A stretch of DNA of 64,000 nt from Candidatus Uhrbacteria bacterium (GCA_037131775.1 JBAXQK010000004.1:11054-75053), one strand, 5' to 3'. Positions 28,527 through 37,908 are shown, counted from the stretch's first letter. The notes: generated from the sequence alone by a model not told the origin. Program-made: numbers and translations.

Positions 28527-29303
28527 ATGGAAGCTCTTTCCGCAAAAGAGAGGATCATCGTCCCGATCGACACGGACGATCTCAACCGCGCCGTCGAGCT
28601 GGTCGCAGACCTGAGGGATCACGTCGGCGCATTCAAGTTCGGGCTCGAGTTCGGGACCAGTCTCCTCGTGTCGCTTGTGCGCGGGACCGACTGCGACGGC
28701 GCGCGCGCCCAACTCGACCTGGCTTGCGAACTGTTCCGCCTGCTCGACGGTCGCGTCATGTGGGACGGGAAGTTCGACGACATCCCGAATACCATGGGCG
28801 GCGCCGCGCGGGGGACCAACGCCCTGCGCCCGAAGTTCCTCACGGTGCACGCGTCGAGCGGCATCGACGGGATGTTTGCCGCCGTGGACAACCGTGGCGA
28901 GGCGAGCGTTCTCGCGGTGACGGTGCTCACCTCGCGCGGAGAGGACGACGCGCATCTCACCTTCGGCGGACCGACCAAGGCGAAGGTCCTTCAGTTCGCG
29001 CGCGAGGCGGTGCTCGCCGGCGCGCAGGGAATCGTCTGTTCGCCACAGGAGTTGGGTCTCATCAAGTCGCGCCGCGAGCTGAAGGGACTCGTGACGGTCG
29101 TCCCGGGCGTGCGTCCGACCTGGGCCGCCGCGAACGACCAGAAGCGTGTGATGACGCCAGGCGAAGCCGTGAGGGCTGGTGCCGACTACCTCGTCATCGG
29201 CCGCCCCATCATCCAGCCGCCCGAGAAGTTCCTCTATCCCCACGAGGCCGCCGACATGATCGCCGGGGAAATCGCGAACGCGCTCGGCCAGACCGCGCTC
29301 TGA
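28527..29303 (+). CDS. pyrF: orotidine-5'-phosphate decarboxylase
   Basis: IVPIDTDDL...GAFKFGLEF and DGKFDDIPNT (catalytic Lys-Asp-IPNT) motifs. Confidence 0.75.
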   Translation: MEALSAKERIIVPIDTDDLNRAVELVADLRDHVGAFKFGLEFGTSLLVSLVRGTDCDGARAQLDLACELFRLLDGRVMWDGKFDDIPNTMGGAARGTNALRPKFLTVHASSGIDGMFAAVDNRGEASVLAVTVLTSRGEDDAHLTFGGPTKAKVLQFAREAVLAGAQGIVCSPQELGLIKSRRELKGLVTVVPGVRPTWAAANDQKRVMTPGEAVRAGADYLVIGRPIIQPPEKFLYPHEAADMIAGEIANALGQTAL

Positions 29304-29374
29304 CCTCTCGACCCAACCGGGCCGATTTTTCTTTTCTCGACACCTGCCCCCGTTTCCGCTAAGCTCTTCCTACT

Positions 29375-30025
29375 ATGCGCATCATTCTCGTCCACGGATT
29401 CAACGCGTCCCCCGAAATGAACTTCCATCCATGGCTCGCCCGAGAGTTGCGCGCCAAGGGATACGAGGTCGTCGTGCCGACGCTCCCGCTGAAGAGCGGG
29501 GAGGAGTTGGATTTGCCGGTGGTCATCGAGGAGATGAAGAGGCAGGTGGGGTACCTGGGGCCGGAGGACATTCTCGTGGGCCACTCGCTCGGGGCGCTCA
29601 TCGCGCTGCAGTACATGGAGGCGATTGAGATGACCGAGACGCCGCGCGCGGTGATCATGGTAGCGGCGCCGTTCAAGGTGGCCAAGCCCGAGCTGCGCCG
29701 GCTGTTTCTCGTGGACCTGGACGCGGACGTGGCCATCTGGAAGGCCAAGGAATTCTTCGTGGTCCATTCGAAGGACGACGCGCTCGTTCCGTTCGAGCAC
29801 GGCCAGAAGCTTGCCGCGTTCCTGAAGGCGACGCTCGTCGCGACCGAGACGGACGGCCACTTTATGGACGCCGAATATCCCAAGCTTCTCGAGCTTGTCG
29901 ATTCCGTCGCGTCGTCGCCGTTTCCCTATTCGCCGGGATTGTCGCTCAAGAACGACTATGAGAACAAGGCATGGGCGGACCGCATCGCGCCGTCGACGGG
30001 GACGAAACCAGACTGGATGACCTAG
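29375..30025 (+). CDS. alpha/beta serine hydrolase (YdeN/RBBP9-like)
   Basis: GHSLGA nucleophile elbow in a ~200 aa single-domain fold. Confidence 0.65.
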   Translation: MRIILVHGFNASPEMNFHPWLARELRAKGYEVVVPTLPLKSGEELDLPVVIEEMKRQVGYLGPEDILVGHSLGALIALQYMEAIEMTETPRAVIMVAAPFKVAKPELRRLFLVDLDADVAIWKAKEFFVVHSKDDALVPFEHGQKLAAFLKATLVATETDGHFMDAEYPKLLELVDSVASSPFPYSPGLSLKNDYENKAWADRIAPSTGTKPDWMT

Positions 30026-30028
30026 CGT

Positions 30029-30646
30029 ATGCGTCACTATGTCTATGACTTCGACTCGACGCTTTACGCGACGCAAACCGTCTGGGAGGTTTGGAGCGAG
30101 ATGCTCATCGGCGCGGGATTCGACGCGGCATCCGTGTTTGCCGCGTACCAGGAAGTTCTTCCGCGCGGGTATTCGCCGATAAAGCACGCGGACGCGCTCG
30201 GCGTTTCCGACGCGCTTCGTTACGATCTGATCGTTCGGTTCCGCGCGATCCTCACGGACCGAAGTCCGTCGCTTCTCTTCGATGACGTCGCGCCCTTCGT
30301 CGAATCGAGACGGGACGTTCACCGGCAGACGATCCTGACGCAGGGCGACGAGGAGCATCAGTGGGAAAAGATGCGGGCGAGCGGGATCGACCTGCTCGTG
30401 CCGCGCGTCGTGATCACCGTGCCGGACGGATCCAAGACCGAGCGCCTTGCCGAGATGCTCGCCGAAGATCCGACGCCGATCACGTTCGTCGACGACAACC
30501 CGCACCACCTCACGCGCGTCCACGCGAGCGGACTGCCGATCACGATCGTTCGCATGATGCGCCCGGGCGAGACCCTCGCGATCGCGCCGCACGAGCTCGA
30601 CGGCGTGGCATGGAAGGTCGTCTCGTCGCTGAGGGAACTCGACTAG
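30029..30646 (+). CDS. HAD-superfamily hydrolase
   Basis: DxDxT motif YDFDSTLY near the N-terminus, size typical for HAD. Confidence 0.55.
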   Translation: MRHYVYDFDSTLYATQTVWEVWSEMLIGAGFDAASVFAAYQEVLPRGYSPIKHADALGVSDALRYDLIVRFRAILTDRSPSLLFDDVAPFVESRRDVHRQTILTQGDEEHQWEKMRASGIDLLVPRVVITVPDGSKTERLAEMLAEDPTPITFVDDNPHHLTRVHASGLPITIVRMMRPGETLAIAPHELDGVAWKVVSSLRELD

Positions 30647-30725
30647 TGTGACGGACGGTTCGCGCATGACGCGAACCGTCCGTTTTTGGTACAATGATGT
30701 CCGATTATTCACTTATCCACAACCT

Positions 30726-32303
30726 ATGCAGCTCGCAAAGGGATCTCCGGAAGGAAAGGGAAAGGAAGCGCCGGCGGCAGAGATGGGAGCAGACGAGATC
30801 GACCTTGGGCTGGACGGGCTGGATCTCGGGGCAATCAAGGCGGCCACGGAATCGGCGTTGGCGGACTCCGCGGAACTTGCTCGGCTGGCGGGCATGTCCG
30901 AGAAGGAAGTGGATGGCATGATCGCGCAGATGAAGGCGACGGAAAAGAAGATCGAGAAGGCGCTGAAGTTCCGCGAAATTTTCCGAAAGGGGACGGAGGC
31001 TTTCGACCCGTATGCCGAACTTTCCATCAAGACGCTCGATCGGCTGTTGGAGGAGGGCGTCATTTCCAAAAAGAATGTCGAGAGCCTGCAGGCGCTTCAG
31101 AAGAGCGTGTCGGACATGCTCGCCGCGAAGGTCCTGACCACGGCCGCAGAACAGCTGCGCGACGCCAATATCAACCGAATAAATACGGCCTCGGATGCCA
31201 TCGACGCGAAGGTCGCGGCGATGCGCGAGCCGATCAATGCGCGCCGTGCCGAGCTGAAGACGGCCGGCGAGGCGTTTTACGTGGAATGGATCGCCGAGCT
31301 CGAGGGGCTGCTGAAGTCGGTGCGGGAGAACCCGCGCGTCATCGACAAGCTGGACAAGACGGAGAAGAGCCTGCGCGCGTCCGTCGAAGGGAAGCGTGCC
31401 AAGGAGCTGAAGGAGGCGTACGACAGCATTCGACGCGACATCCAGTCGATCGCGGCCCGAAACGACGCGGCGTTCAAGCGCCTCGGGGAGATCGCCGGCG
31501 ACGCGAAGGTGCGGCAGACCCTCGTGGAGGCGATGAAGTCCGGCGACCTGAAGAAGATGAACGAGGCGTTCGTGGCCGTGAAGAACAAGCTGCGCGACTC
31601 CGTCCTGCACGGAACGGGCGCGGCGGCCCTCAAGGATCCGTCCGAGGTGGTTCCGTGGGAGCAGAAGACGAAGATCGACTATGCCAGCGCGGTGGATTTC
31701 CTGAAGTCGCCCTTCGCCGAGGAGGCGCTGCGAAAGCAGGCCGAGGGCGGGGACGAGCTTGCGAAGAAGCTGATCGCGCAGCGCGCCGTCGTTCTCGACG
31801 AGCACCAGGCCCTGCGTCAGCTGATTGGAAGCCGCTGGAGTGGGAAGGGCGTTCCCGGGCCGTTCTGGGAGCTGTTCAAGAACCGCGACAAATATCTTGC
31901 CGACGAGGCCTCGCAGGCCGCCGCGGAGGCGAAGCGCACGCAGGAGGCCCGCCGCAAGGACGCGGAATTCATGGAGAAGGCTCGCGACATCATTGCGCGC
32001 GGCGGACTGGTCGTCTCGCCGGGGATCTATGAGAACCTGCGCAGCGGCGGGGTTCGCCGCGTTGGCACGGGCCGCGGGGTCGTTCGTCTTGCAGAGAACA
32101 TTAACAAGAAGTCCATGAAGGTGTGGAAGGTCGCGGAGACCCACGGCGACGTGGACACGGCCAAGGTTGGAACGGAGTACAGCGCGACGCTGCTCGACGC
32201 GCCGAAGTGGCTGCGTGACGCGGCCGACGGAAAGTTTGAGATGCGCGGCGATAAGTACTGGACCCGCAAGCCGGAGGCTGCGGTTCCGGGCAAGAAGGAA
32301 TAG
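30726..32303 (+). CDS. K/E-rich coiled-coil hypothetical protein
   Basis: ATG at 30726 (MQLAKGSPEG). TACAAT -10 at 30691..30696. Confidence 0.5.
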   Translation: MQLAKGSPEGKGKEAPAAEMGADEIDLGLDGLDLGAIKAATESALADSAELARLAGMSEKEVDGMIAQMKATEKKIEKALKFREIFRKGTEAFDPYAELSIKTLDRLLEEGVISKKNVESLQALQKSVSDMLAAKVLTTAAEQLRDANINRINTASDAIDAKVAAMREPINARRAELKTAGEAFYVEWIAELEGLLKSVRENPRVIDKLDKTEKSLRASVEGKRAKELKEAYDSIRRDIQSIAARNDAAFKRLGEIAGDAKVRQTLVEAMKSGDLKKMNEAFVAVKNKLRDSVLHGTGAAALKDPSEVVPWEQKTKIDYASAVDFLKSPFAEEALRKQAEGGDELAKKLIAQRAVVLDEHQALRQLIGSRWSGKGVPGPFWELFKNRDKYLADEASQAAAEAKRTQEARRKDAEFMEKARDIIARGGLVVSPGIYENLRSGGVRRVGTGRGVVRLAENINKKSMKVWKVAETHGDVDTAKVGTEYSATLLDAPKWLRDAADGKFEMRGDKYWTRKPEAAVPGKKE

Positions 32304-32344
32304 GTTCGAAAGAAAAGACGGGGCGAGAGAAATCTCGCTCCGTT

Positions 32345-33199
32345 TTAGGTTCGTTGGGCGACGAAGATGCCGACGTCGTGGGTCATCGTTTCGGGGAAGC
32401 GGGTGCGAAACCAGAAGCGGATTTCATCCTGGGCGTATTGAGGAAGTTCGTCGAAGTCGCGTTCGAGGAAGAAGGTGAGGAGGTTGCGGCCGTCCTGGGA
32501 ATTGGGGTCGTGGCAGGGGGCGACGTTTACCGTGCTGGGGAAAGAGGTGAAACCGGTTTCCGGGAGATGGCGGGCGAGATCCTTGTAGGTGGAGATGACG
32601 TGTTCGCCGGGGTGGACGAAGGGGCGATAGCGTTGGTGGAACTGGTGGATGCCACGGGGGCCGTGGTGGACGATCAGTGTTTCCTTTCCGAGGGAGAGGA
32701 GGTGGGGGATCGAGGTTGGCCAGTCGGGGACGTAGTAGAGGGAGTGGCTGGCGATGACGAGATCGTACGGTTCCGTCGATGGGCCGATTTCATTTAGGGG
32801 GACGGGGTGGAAGGTGATGTTCGCACGGTTGGGGGCGACGGAGTAGGTCTTGAAGACGTCGAGCTGTTCTTGGTAGGGGTCGGTGGCCGTGTAGTGGAAC
32901 GGGATTTGGAGGTCGTCGAGGAGCTGGAGGATGCGGATGGCAGTGTGGCCGGTGCCGTCGCCGATGCCGAGGATTCGACGAGCGGGGACGGGACTACCAC
33001 CGCCGTTGGCGGGGTCCCGCCCGACGGCGGGAAAGTCCCTGGGAAATCGGGGGGACTGGGAGAACCGCATTCTTTGGAAGATGGCGGGGAGGCGGGCGAG
33101 GAGGAGATCCTTTTCATCGGTGTGACGGAGCCAGGTGGCGTAGGGATTTTCGGCTGGGTTGTCGATGTTTTTCGTGTAGATGTCTTTTTGAAAGGGCAT
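32345..33199 (-). CDS. class I SAM-dependent methyltransferase
   Basis: ATG at 33197-33199 (MPFQKD). Motif I ILGIGDGTG. Confidence 0.65.
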   Translation of the reverse strand: MPFQKDIYTKNIDNPAENPYATWLRHTDEKDLLLARLPAIFQRMRFSQSPRFPRDFPAVGRDPANGGGSPVPARRILGIGDGTGHTAIRILQLLDDLQIPFHYTATDPYQEQLDVFKTYSVAPNRANITFHPVPLNEIGPSTEPYDLVIASHSLYYVPDWPTSIPHLLSLGKETLIVHHGPRGIHQFHQRYRPFVHPGEHVISTYKDLARHLPETGFTSFPSTVNVAPCHDPNSQDGRNLLTFFLERDFDELPQYAQDEIRFWFRTRFPETMTHDVGIFVAQRT

Positions 33200-33311
33200 G
33201 GGGTGCTCCGTTGTTGCTCGATTCCTGAGCCTTAAAAGTATGGCCCAAAGTGATAAAAATCTGCAATAATTTGTTATTTTGGACCGAAATATGGTATGAT
33301 TATGGCCCAAT

Positions 33312-34295
33312 ATGACAATATCTGAAAAACAGCAAATTATACTTTCCAAAATAGAAATGGATGCCTCCATCCCTTTGGTTGCCATCCGGAAGGCGACGAA
33401 CTTTCGGAGCCACACCATCCGCTATGGCATTTCCTGCATGGAGCGCGACGGAATTGTCCGCCGATCAACGTTCATAAATGTCTATCCGATCGGCTACGTC
33501 CACTACGCCATCTACTTTTCCCTTTCCCCGCAATCCAAATCCCAGAAGCAATCCTTCCTAGATTTCCTCGTCGCCTCCCCGAACGTCTCCTGGCTCGCCG
33601 AACTTGGCGGCGACTACCAATACGCCATGGCCATCTCCGTCCGCAACCCATCCGAAGTCTCTAAATTTCTTTCCCTCATAACCGAAACGTTCGGCAACGT
33701 TCTCTCCCAGAAGTCCGTCCACGTAAGGACAAACTTCACTCAATTCAACCGAAAGTACATCAACGCCCAGCCGCCAAAGTTCCTGTCGTTCGGTCCGACC
33801 GTCCCATCTCTCATAACTGACGTAAACCCGTTTTTCGTCAAACTAGATGCCACCGACCACAAAATCCTCCGCGCCCTCGGCCAGAATCTCTATCCGACGG
33901 AACGCGAAGCCCAGTTCCGCCTGCAAATTCCCCACACCACCTGGCGCAACCGCGTGAACCGTCTGCGGGAGCAGGGAGTCATCATCGCCGACTTCTACCT
34001 GGTCAGCCCGTCGAAGCTCGGCATGCAGTCCTTCGAGCTCCTCGTCCACGCAAAGGGCGTCCGCGCCAACCTCTCGGAGCGCCTCCTCGCGTTCGCAACG
34101 TCGCACCCGCGCATCGTCCACTTCGTCGAGGGGATCGGCGAATGGGACTTCGAGCTCGGCGTCGAGGTCGAGAACGCGCAGGACATCGTGGCCGTGACCG
34201 AGGAGATCCACGAGGCGTTCGCCGACGACATCCTTGCGCTCAAGACCCTCCCGCTGTTCGCGAATCTGAAGTATTCGCTGTACCCGTTCGTCTAA
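33312..34295 (+). CDS. tandem-duplicated Lrp/AsnC family transcriptional regulator (two HTH+RAM units)
   Basis: Two ~160 aa repeats each with an HTH (e.g. DHKILRALGQNLYPTEREAQFRLQIPHTTWRNRVNRLREQGVI) and a RAM-like C-terminal half. Confidence 0.7.
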   Translation: MTISEKQQIILSKIEMDASIPLVAIRKATNFRSHTIRYGISCMERDGIVRRSTFINVYPIGYVHYAIYFSLSPQSKSQKQSFLDFLVASPNVSWLAELGGDYQYAMAISVRNPSEVSKFLSLITETFGNVLSQKSVHVRTNFTQFNRKYINAQPPKFLSFGPTVPSLITDVNPFFVKLDATDHKILRALGQNLYPTEREAQFRLQIPHTTWRNRVNRLREQGVIIADFYLVSPSKLGMQSFELLVHAKGVRANLSERLLAFATSHPRIVHFVEGIGEWDFELGVEVENAQDIVAVTEEIHEAFADDILALKTLPLFANLKYSLYPFV

Positions 34296-34334
34296 AAGAA
34301 AAATCCGCCTTCCCTTAGGGACGGCGGAAAGCGG

Positions 34335-34913
34335 TCAGATCTCGAGGTACGGTTCCCACGTCTCGGGCATTGCCTTTACCCGCGAGCAAAGGATTCGGAC
34401 GCTCGTGAGTATTCCGGGAGAGGTCGGCACGGACAGGAGCGGCATGTTCGCCTCCCCGGGCGTCCGTCCCGCCTTGCGGAGGTTGCACGGCTCGCACGCG
34501 GCCACGAGGTTTTCCCACGAGCTGACCGGGACGCAGACGCCCTCGTACCAGGATTCGACGTACCCGTATTCCGCCTGGCAGCGCGGAACCACGTGGTCGA
34601 TGGTGAGTGCGTCCATGTTCGGATGCCCGACGCCGTTGCGCGGCTCGACGCCGCAGTACTGACACGCGAACCGGTCGCGCGCGATGACGTTGCGCCGGTT
34701 GGCGGTCAGCCCGAGCCCGACCGTCCGCGAAGGGTCGAGGATGACCGATGGCCACGGGACGTCGAGGTGGGCGGACCGAACGAATCGCCCGGGATACGCC
34801 TGTATTCGCCTCGCCCCGCCGTCGAGGCACATCTGCACCGCCTGCTGCCACGCGATGATCCCGACGGGAAAGAGCTTGTCGTTCAGGACGAGCGTGTTGA
34901 GAAATGGACTCAA
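34335..34913 (-). CDS. HNH endonuclease (McrA-like)
   Basis: CQYCG...DHVVP...WENLVAACEPCNLRKAG. TTG start with SD GGAG. Confidence 0.75.
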   Translation of the reverse strand: MSPFLNTLVLNDKLFPVGIIAWQQAVQMCLDGGARRIQAYPGRFVRSAHLDVPWPSVILDPSRTVGLGLTANRRNVIARDRFACQYCGVEPRNGVGHPNMDALTIDHVVPRCQAEYGYVESWYEGVCVPVSSWENLVAACEPCNLRKAGRTPGEANMPLLSVPTSPGILTSVRILCSRVKAMPETWEPYLEI

Positions 34914-34935
34914 GAGAGTCTCCTAGTCTGCGTGG

Positions 34936-34963
34936 ATTGTACGGATTTTTAGGGAAATGTCAA
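34936..34963 (-). promoter_or_regulatory. sigma70-type promoter (TTGACA-N16-TACAAT) for the McrA-like HNH gene
   Basis: Minus-strand reading cattgacatttccctaaaaatccgtacaat, ~20 nt upstream of the start. Confidence 0.55.
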
Positions 34964-35024
34964 TGCACCAGCGGCCACTCTGTTTTGCTGGACATTTCCC
35001 AGAAAATTTGCTAAAATATCGCAT

Positions 35025-35219
35025 ATGTATAACTGGTCGACCGACGAGGAACTGCTGAAGAATGATCCGGAAGCCCATGCCGTCTGGCGGCTGGAGCAGT
35101 TGGTCAACTTCGGGTTGAACGACCAGAAGCTGAGCGTGGCCGCCCTGAGGAAATACTGGGATCGTCTCGTCATCGATCCTGTTCGCAAAAGCTATCTCGC
35201 ATTTCTTCTGCATGGATAA
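35025..35219 (+). CDS. small protein, putative cognate antitoxin of the AbiEii-like toxin
   Basis: 64 aa. Its 3' end overlaps the AbiEii-like gene start by 8 nt (translational coupling). Confidence 0.4.
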   Translation: MYNWSTDEELLKNDPEAHAVWRLEQLVNFGLNDQKLSVAALRKYWDRLVIDPVRKSYLAFLLHG

Positions 35220-35871
35220 TCAGATCCTCACCCCCGATCAAATCGCGTTCCTCGAACGGATCGGACAGACTCCGTTTCTGACCGAGCGCTTCTACCTGAC
35301 AGGCGGAACCCCGCTGGCGGCGTTTTATCTCGGTCACCGGTATTCCGAGGACCTCGATTTTTTTTCCGAGCAGGAGGTGGATATCGCGGCTCTGAATGCC
35401 TTCTGGCAGGATGCGAAGGCCGGCCTTGGCATTCTGAAGATCGACGCGCAACAGAGCTATAACCGAAACCTGTTCTTCTTCCACCTTGCGAGCGGAGTCC
35501 TCAAGGCGGAGTTTACCTATTTCCCGTTTCCACGCATCGAGACCGGCCCTGTCCGCTATGGGATTGAGACGGAAAGCACGATCGACATCGCGGTGAACAA
35601 ATTGTTCACAATTTATCAGCGCACGAAGGCGCGCGACTACATCGACCTGTACTGTATCTGCCAGAAGCAGGGATACGATATTGCCGACCTCATCAAGAAG
35701 GCACGAATGAAATTCGATTACCACATCGATCTCCTCCAGCTTGGTACGCAATTTTTCAAGGCAACGGCCGCCCCGGACCTGCCGCGCATGATCCTCGATG
35801 TGCCCGCAAAGGAGTGGCAGGGCTTCTTCTTGGAAGAGGCGAGGAAATTGCAGAAGGGAATTTTGGAATAG
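35212..35871 (+). CDS. nucleotidyltransferase AbiEii/AbiGii toxin family protein
   Basis: YLTGGTPLAAFYLGHRYSEDLDFF matches the AbiEii nucleotidyltransferase signature. Confidence 0.7.
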   Translation: MDNQILTPDQIAFLERIGQTPFLTERFYLTGGTPLAAFYLGHRYSEDLDFFSEQEVDIAALNAFWQDAKAGLGILKIDAQQSYNRNLFFFHLASGVLKAEFTYFPFPRIETGPVRYGIETESTIDIAVNKLFTIYQRTKARDYIDLYCICQKQGYDIADLIKKARMKFDYHIDLLQLGTQFFKATAAPDLPRMILDVPAKEWQGFFLEEARKLQKGILE

Positions 35872-35899
35872 AAAAAACCCGCCAGGTCAGGCGGGAGGG

Positions 35900-36619
35900 T
35901 CACGAGGGTCCGAAGAGGTTCTTGCGATATGCGTTGACCGCGTCCTCCACGAGGCCGTACGGCTGGCCCCAGCCGCCGAACGCCTTGAGGATCGTCTTGC
36001 GTCGCGCGACGAGTTCCGCGATCTTTGCGTCTATCATGGCGAGGCTCACGAACGTGGTGTGCGCCTCGACCGCGAGCCACATCCACATGCGTGCCGCAGG
36101 CTCGATCATGTCCAATCGTTTGGCCGCGCCCTGCATGACGCGGATATACTCGAGCACGTGGACGGCACGCTCGATGTTGTCGGCCCACTCGCGCAGCGCG
36201 TCGGCCGTCGGGAAAGCGTCCATATCCTCCGCGAACCTGGACGGCTCAATCTCGCGCGTTGCGAGGTCAGCCGGCAGCATCGCGTTCACCAGTTCGGCCC
36301 ACAGGTCGGGCGCGTACCGCTGGCCGAGCGGGATGTTGAATTCCTTCAGCGTCCATTCGATATCGCCAGACTTGTCGCGCCCGATCCCCTTGAGCGCAAG
36401 CGTCGCCCCATAGCGGACCGGGGACGGCTCCGTCTGCGCGAGCTGCCACGCGAACTTGATGTTCAGGCGCAGCAGGGCAAGCCGGGTTGCGTATCCGAGG
36501 CGACGGTTGAACGTTCCCCCGTTGACGCTCGGGTCCGGATACCGCTCGTCCGAGATGCGCGTGACAAGCACGTCGAACGCCCCGTTCGCGCGCGCCGCTT
36601 CCAGCGTAAGTGGTTCCAT
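35900..36619 (-). CDS. hypothetical protein
   Basis: 239 aa. Terminator cccgcctgacctggcggg plus T6 immediately downstream at 35872..35899. Confidence 0.45.
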   Translation of the reverse strand: MEPLTLEAARANGAFDVLVTRISDERYPDPSVNGGTFNRRLGYATRLALLRLNIKFAWQLAQTEPSPVRYGATLALKGIGRDKSGDIEWTLKEFNIPLGQRYAPDLWAELVNAMLPADLATREIEPSRFAEDMDAFPTADALREWADNIERAVHVLEYIRVMQGAAKRLDMIEPAARMWMWLAVEAHTTFVSLAMIDAKIAELVARRKTILKAFGGWGQPYGLVEDAVNAYRKNLFGPS

Positions 36620-36676
36620 GTCGCTTTCTCCTTCTCCTTTCGGAGATCCCGACGCTACCAGGAAAACCAGCCCGCG

Positions 36677-37102
36677 TCAATAATGGTATGTCTTCCCGGC
36701 GAGGATCGTCATCGCCCGATAGATCTGCTCGTACAGCACCGTGGTCGCCATATCATGCGGGAACGTCAGTTTCGACAATGACAATGTCGCGTCGAAGCCG
36801 TTACTACCAACGCTCGGTGTTGGTAGTTGGGGGCCGAACGGCCCGGCGACGACGAACTCGATCGGGCGCGTTTCATGCTCGCTCCAGGCCAGGAGCTGCT
36901 TGGCAAACTGCGGGGAATCGTATTCCTTGCCGTGCTCGGTGAGCAGCACGGAGAACGCGTCCTTCGCGACCCTACGAACCTCCTTTATCTCCGACGCGTC
37001 GACGCGCGCGAACCCTTTCAGCAGCTTTTGATAATGCGAAACAAGCTCCGCGAGCGGACCCTTCTTCATGCTGCCGACGGTGACGATGTGGAAGCGGAAC
37101 AT
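36677..37102 (-). CDS. rlmH: 23S rRNA (pseudouridine1915-N3)-methyltransferase RlmH
   Basis: SPOUT fold with DATLSLSKLTFPH and YRAMTILAGKTYH motifs. Carries the palindromic insert LPTPSVGSN. Confidence 0.8.
   Translation of the reverse strand: MFRFHIVTVGSMKKGPLAELVSHYQKLLKGFARVDASEIKEVRRVAKDAFSVLLTEHGKEYDSPQFAKQLLAWSEHETRPIEFVVAGPFGPQLPTPSVGSNGFDATLSLSKLTFPHDMATTVLYEQIYRAMTILAGKTYHY
36804..36826. repeat. 23-nt palindromic element CTACCAACGCTCGGTGTTGGTAG inside rlmH (core of a ~27-nt unit)
   Basis: 8-bp arms ctaccaac/gttggtag around a 7-nt centre. Same element at 45070..45119 in endoQ. Confidence 0.8.
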
Positions 37103-37170
37103 GCGACCAGGATACGCGACCGTCCTGCGATTGACAATCGGGCGGATTTCTGGTAGCGTTGCCCTCTTCC

Positions 37171-37908
37171 ATGGAGGATGGAATGGACCTTTTCACATCG
37201 AACGCCCAGCTCTTTGCCGGCATTGCCGTCGGCCTCATCATCGCGTTCCCGCTGTTGGCCGCAATGCATTGGTACCACACTCGGATCGGAATAAAGAAAG
37301 ACGCGAAGATCGCCGCGAAGGACGCGAAGATCGCCGAGCTCGAGCCGCTCGTTTTTATAGACGTTCTTACCGGAACCGGCAACCGGCGGAAGTTCGACGA
37401 CGCGCTTGCGTCGTTGGTTCCACACGCGATGCGGGCCGGCGAACCACTCGTGATCCTGTACCTGGACGTGAACGACTTCAAGAAGTTCAACGACAGGTTT
37501 GGACACCCGTTCGGCGACAGGGTATTGCGCCGTGTCTCGGAATCGATCGGGGACGCGGTTCGTCCGACGGACATCGTGTGCCGCTTCGGAGGCGACGAGT
37601 TCGCGGTCATCCTTCCGCACTGCGGCATTCCCGGCGCGACGATCGTTGCCGGCCGCATCGCGAGATCATTGGCGGCCAACGCGGTCTCTCGTGATGATGA
37701 GCAGGTTCATCCATGTGTCTCCATCGGCGGAACGTGCCTGGATACGAAGGGCGGACAGATCCTGGTCGGCGGGAAGCTCGTCGGCTCGTTCAACGAGTCC
37801 GGTCTTTTTGCCAAGATTCCTCCGCTCTTGCGGCAGGGCGCGGACAACCGGCTTTACGTCGCGAAGCAACGCAAGGAGTCGGAATCGTATCCGACGGAAA
37901 TCTCGTAG
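37171..37908 (+). CDS. GGDEF-domain diguanylate cyclase with N-terminal TM anchor
   Basis: RFGGDEF active-site motif and A-site residues. SD GGAGGA. Start ambiguous between 37171 and 37183. Confidence 0.8.
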   Translation: MEDGMDLFTSNAQLFAGIAVGLIIAFPLLAAMHWYHTRIGIKKDAKIAAKDAKIAELEPLVFIDVLTGTGNRRKFDDALASLVPHAMRAGEPLVILYLDVNDFKKFNDRFGHPFGDRVLRRVSESIGDAVRPTDIVCRFGGDEFAVILPHCGIPGATIVAGRIARSLAANAVSRDDEQVHPCVSIGGTCLDTKGGQILVGGKLVGSFNESGLFAKIPPLLRQGADNRLYVAKQRKESESYPTEIS

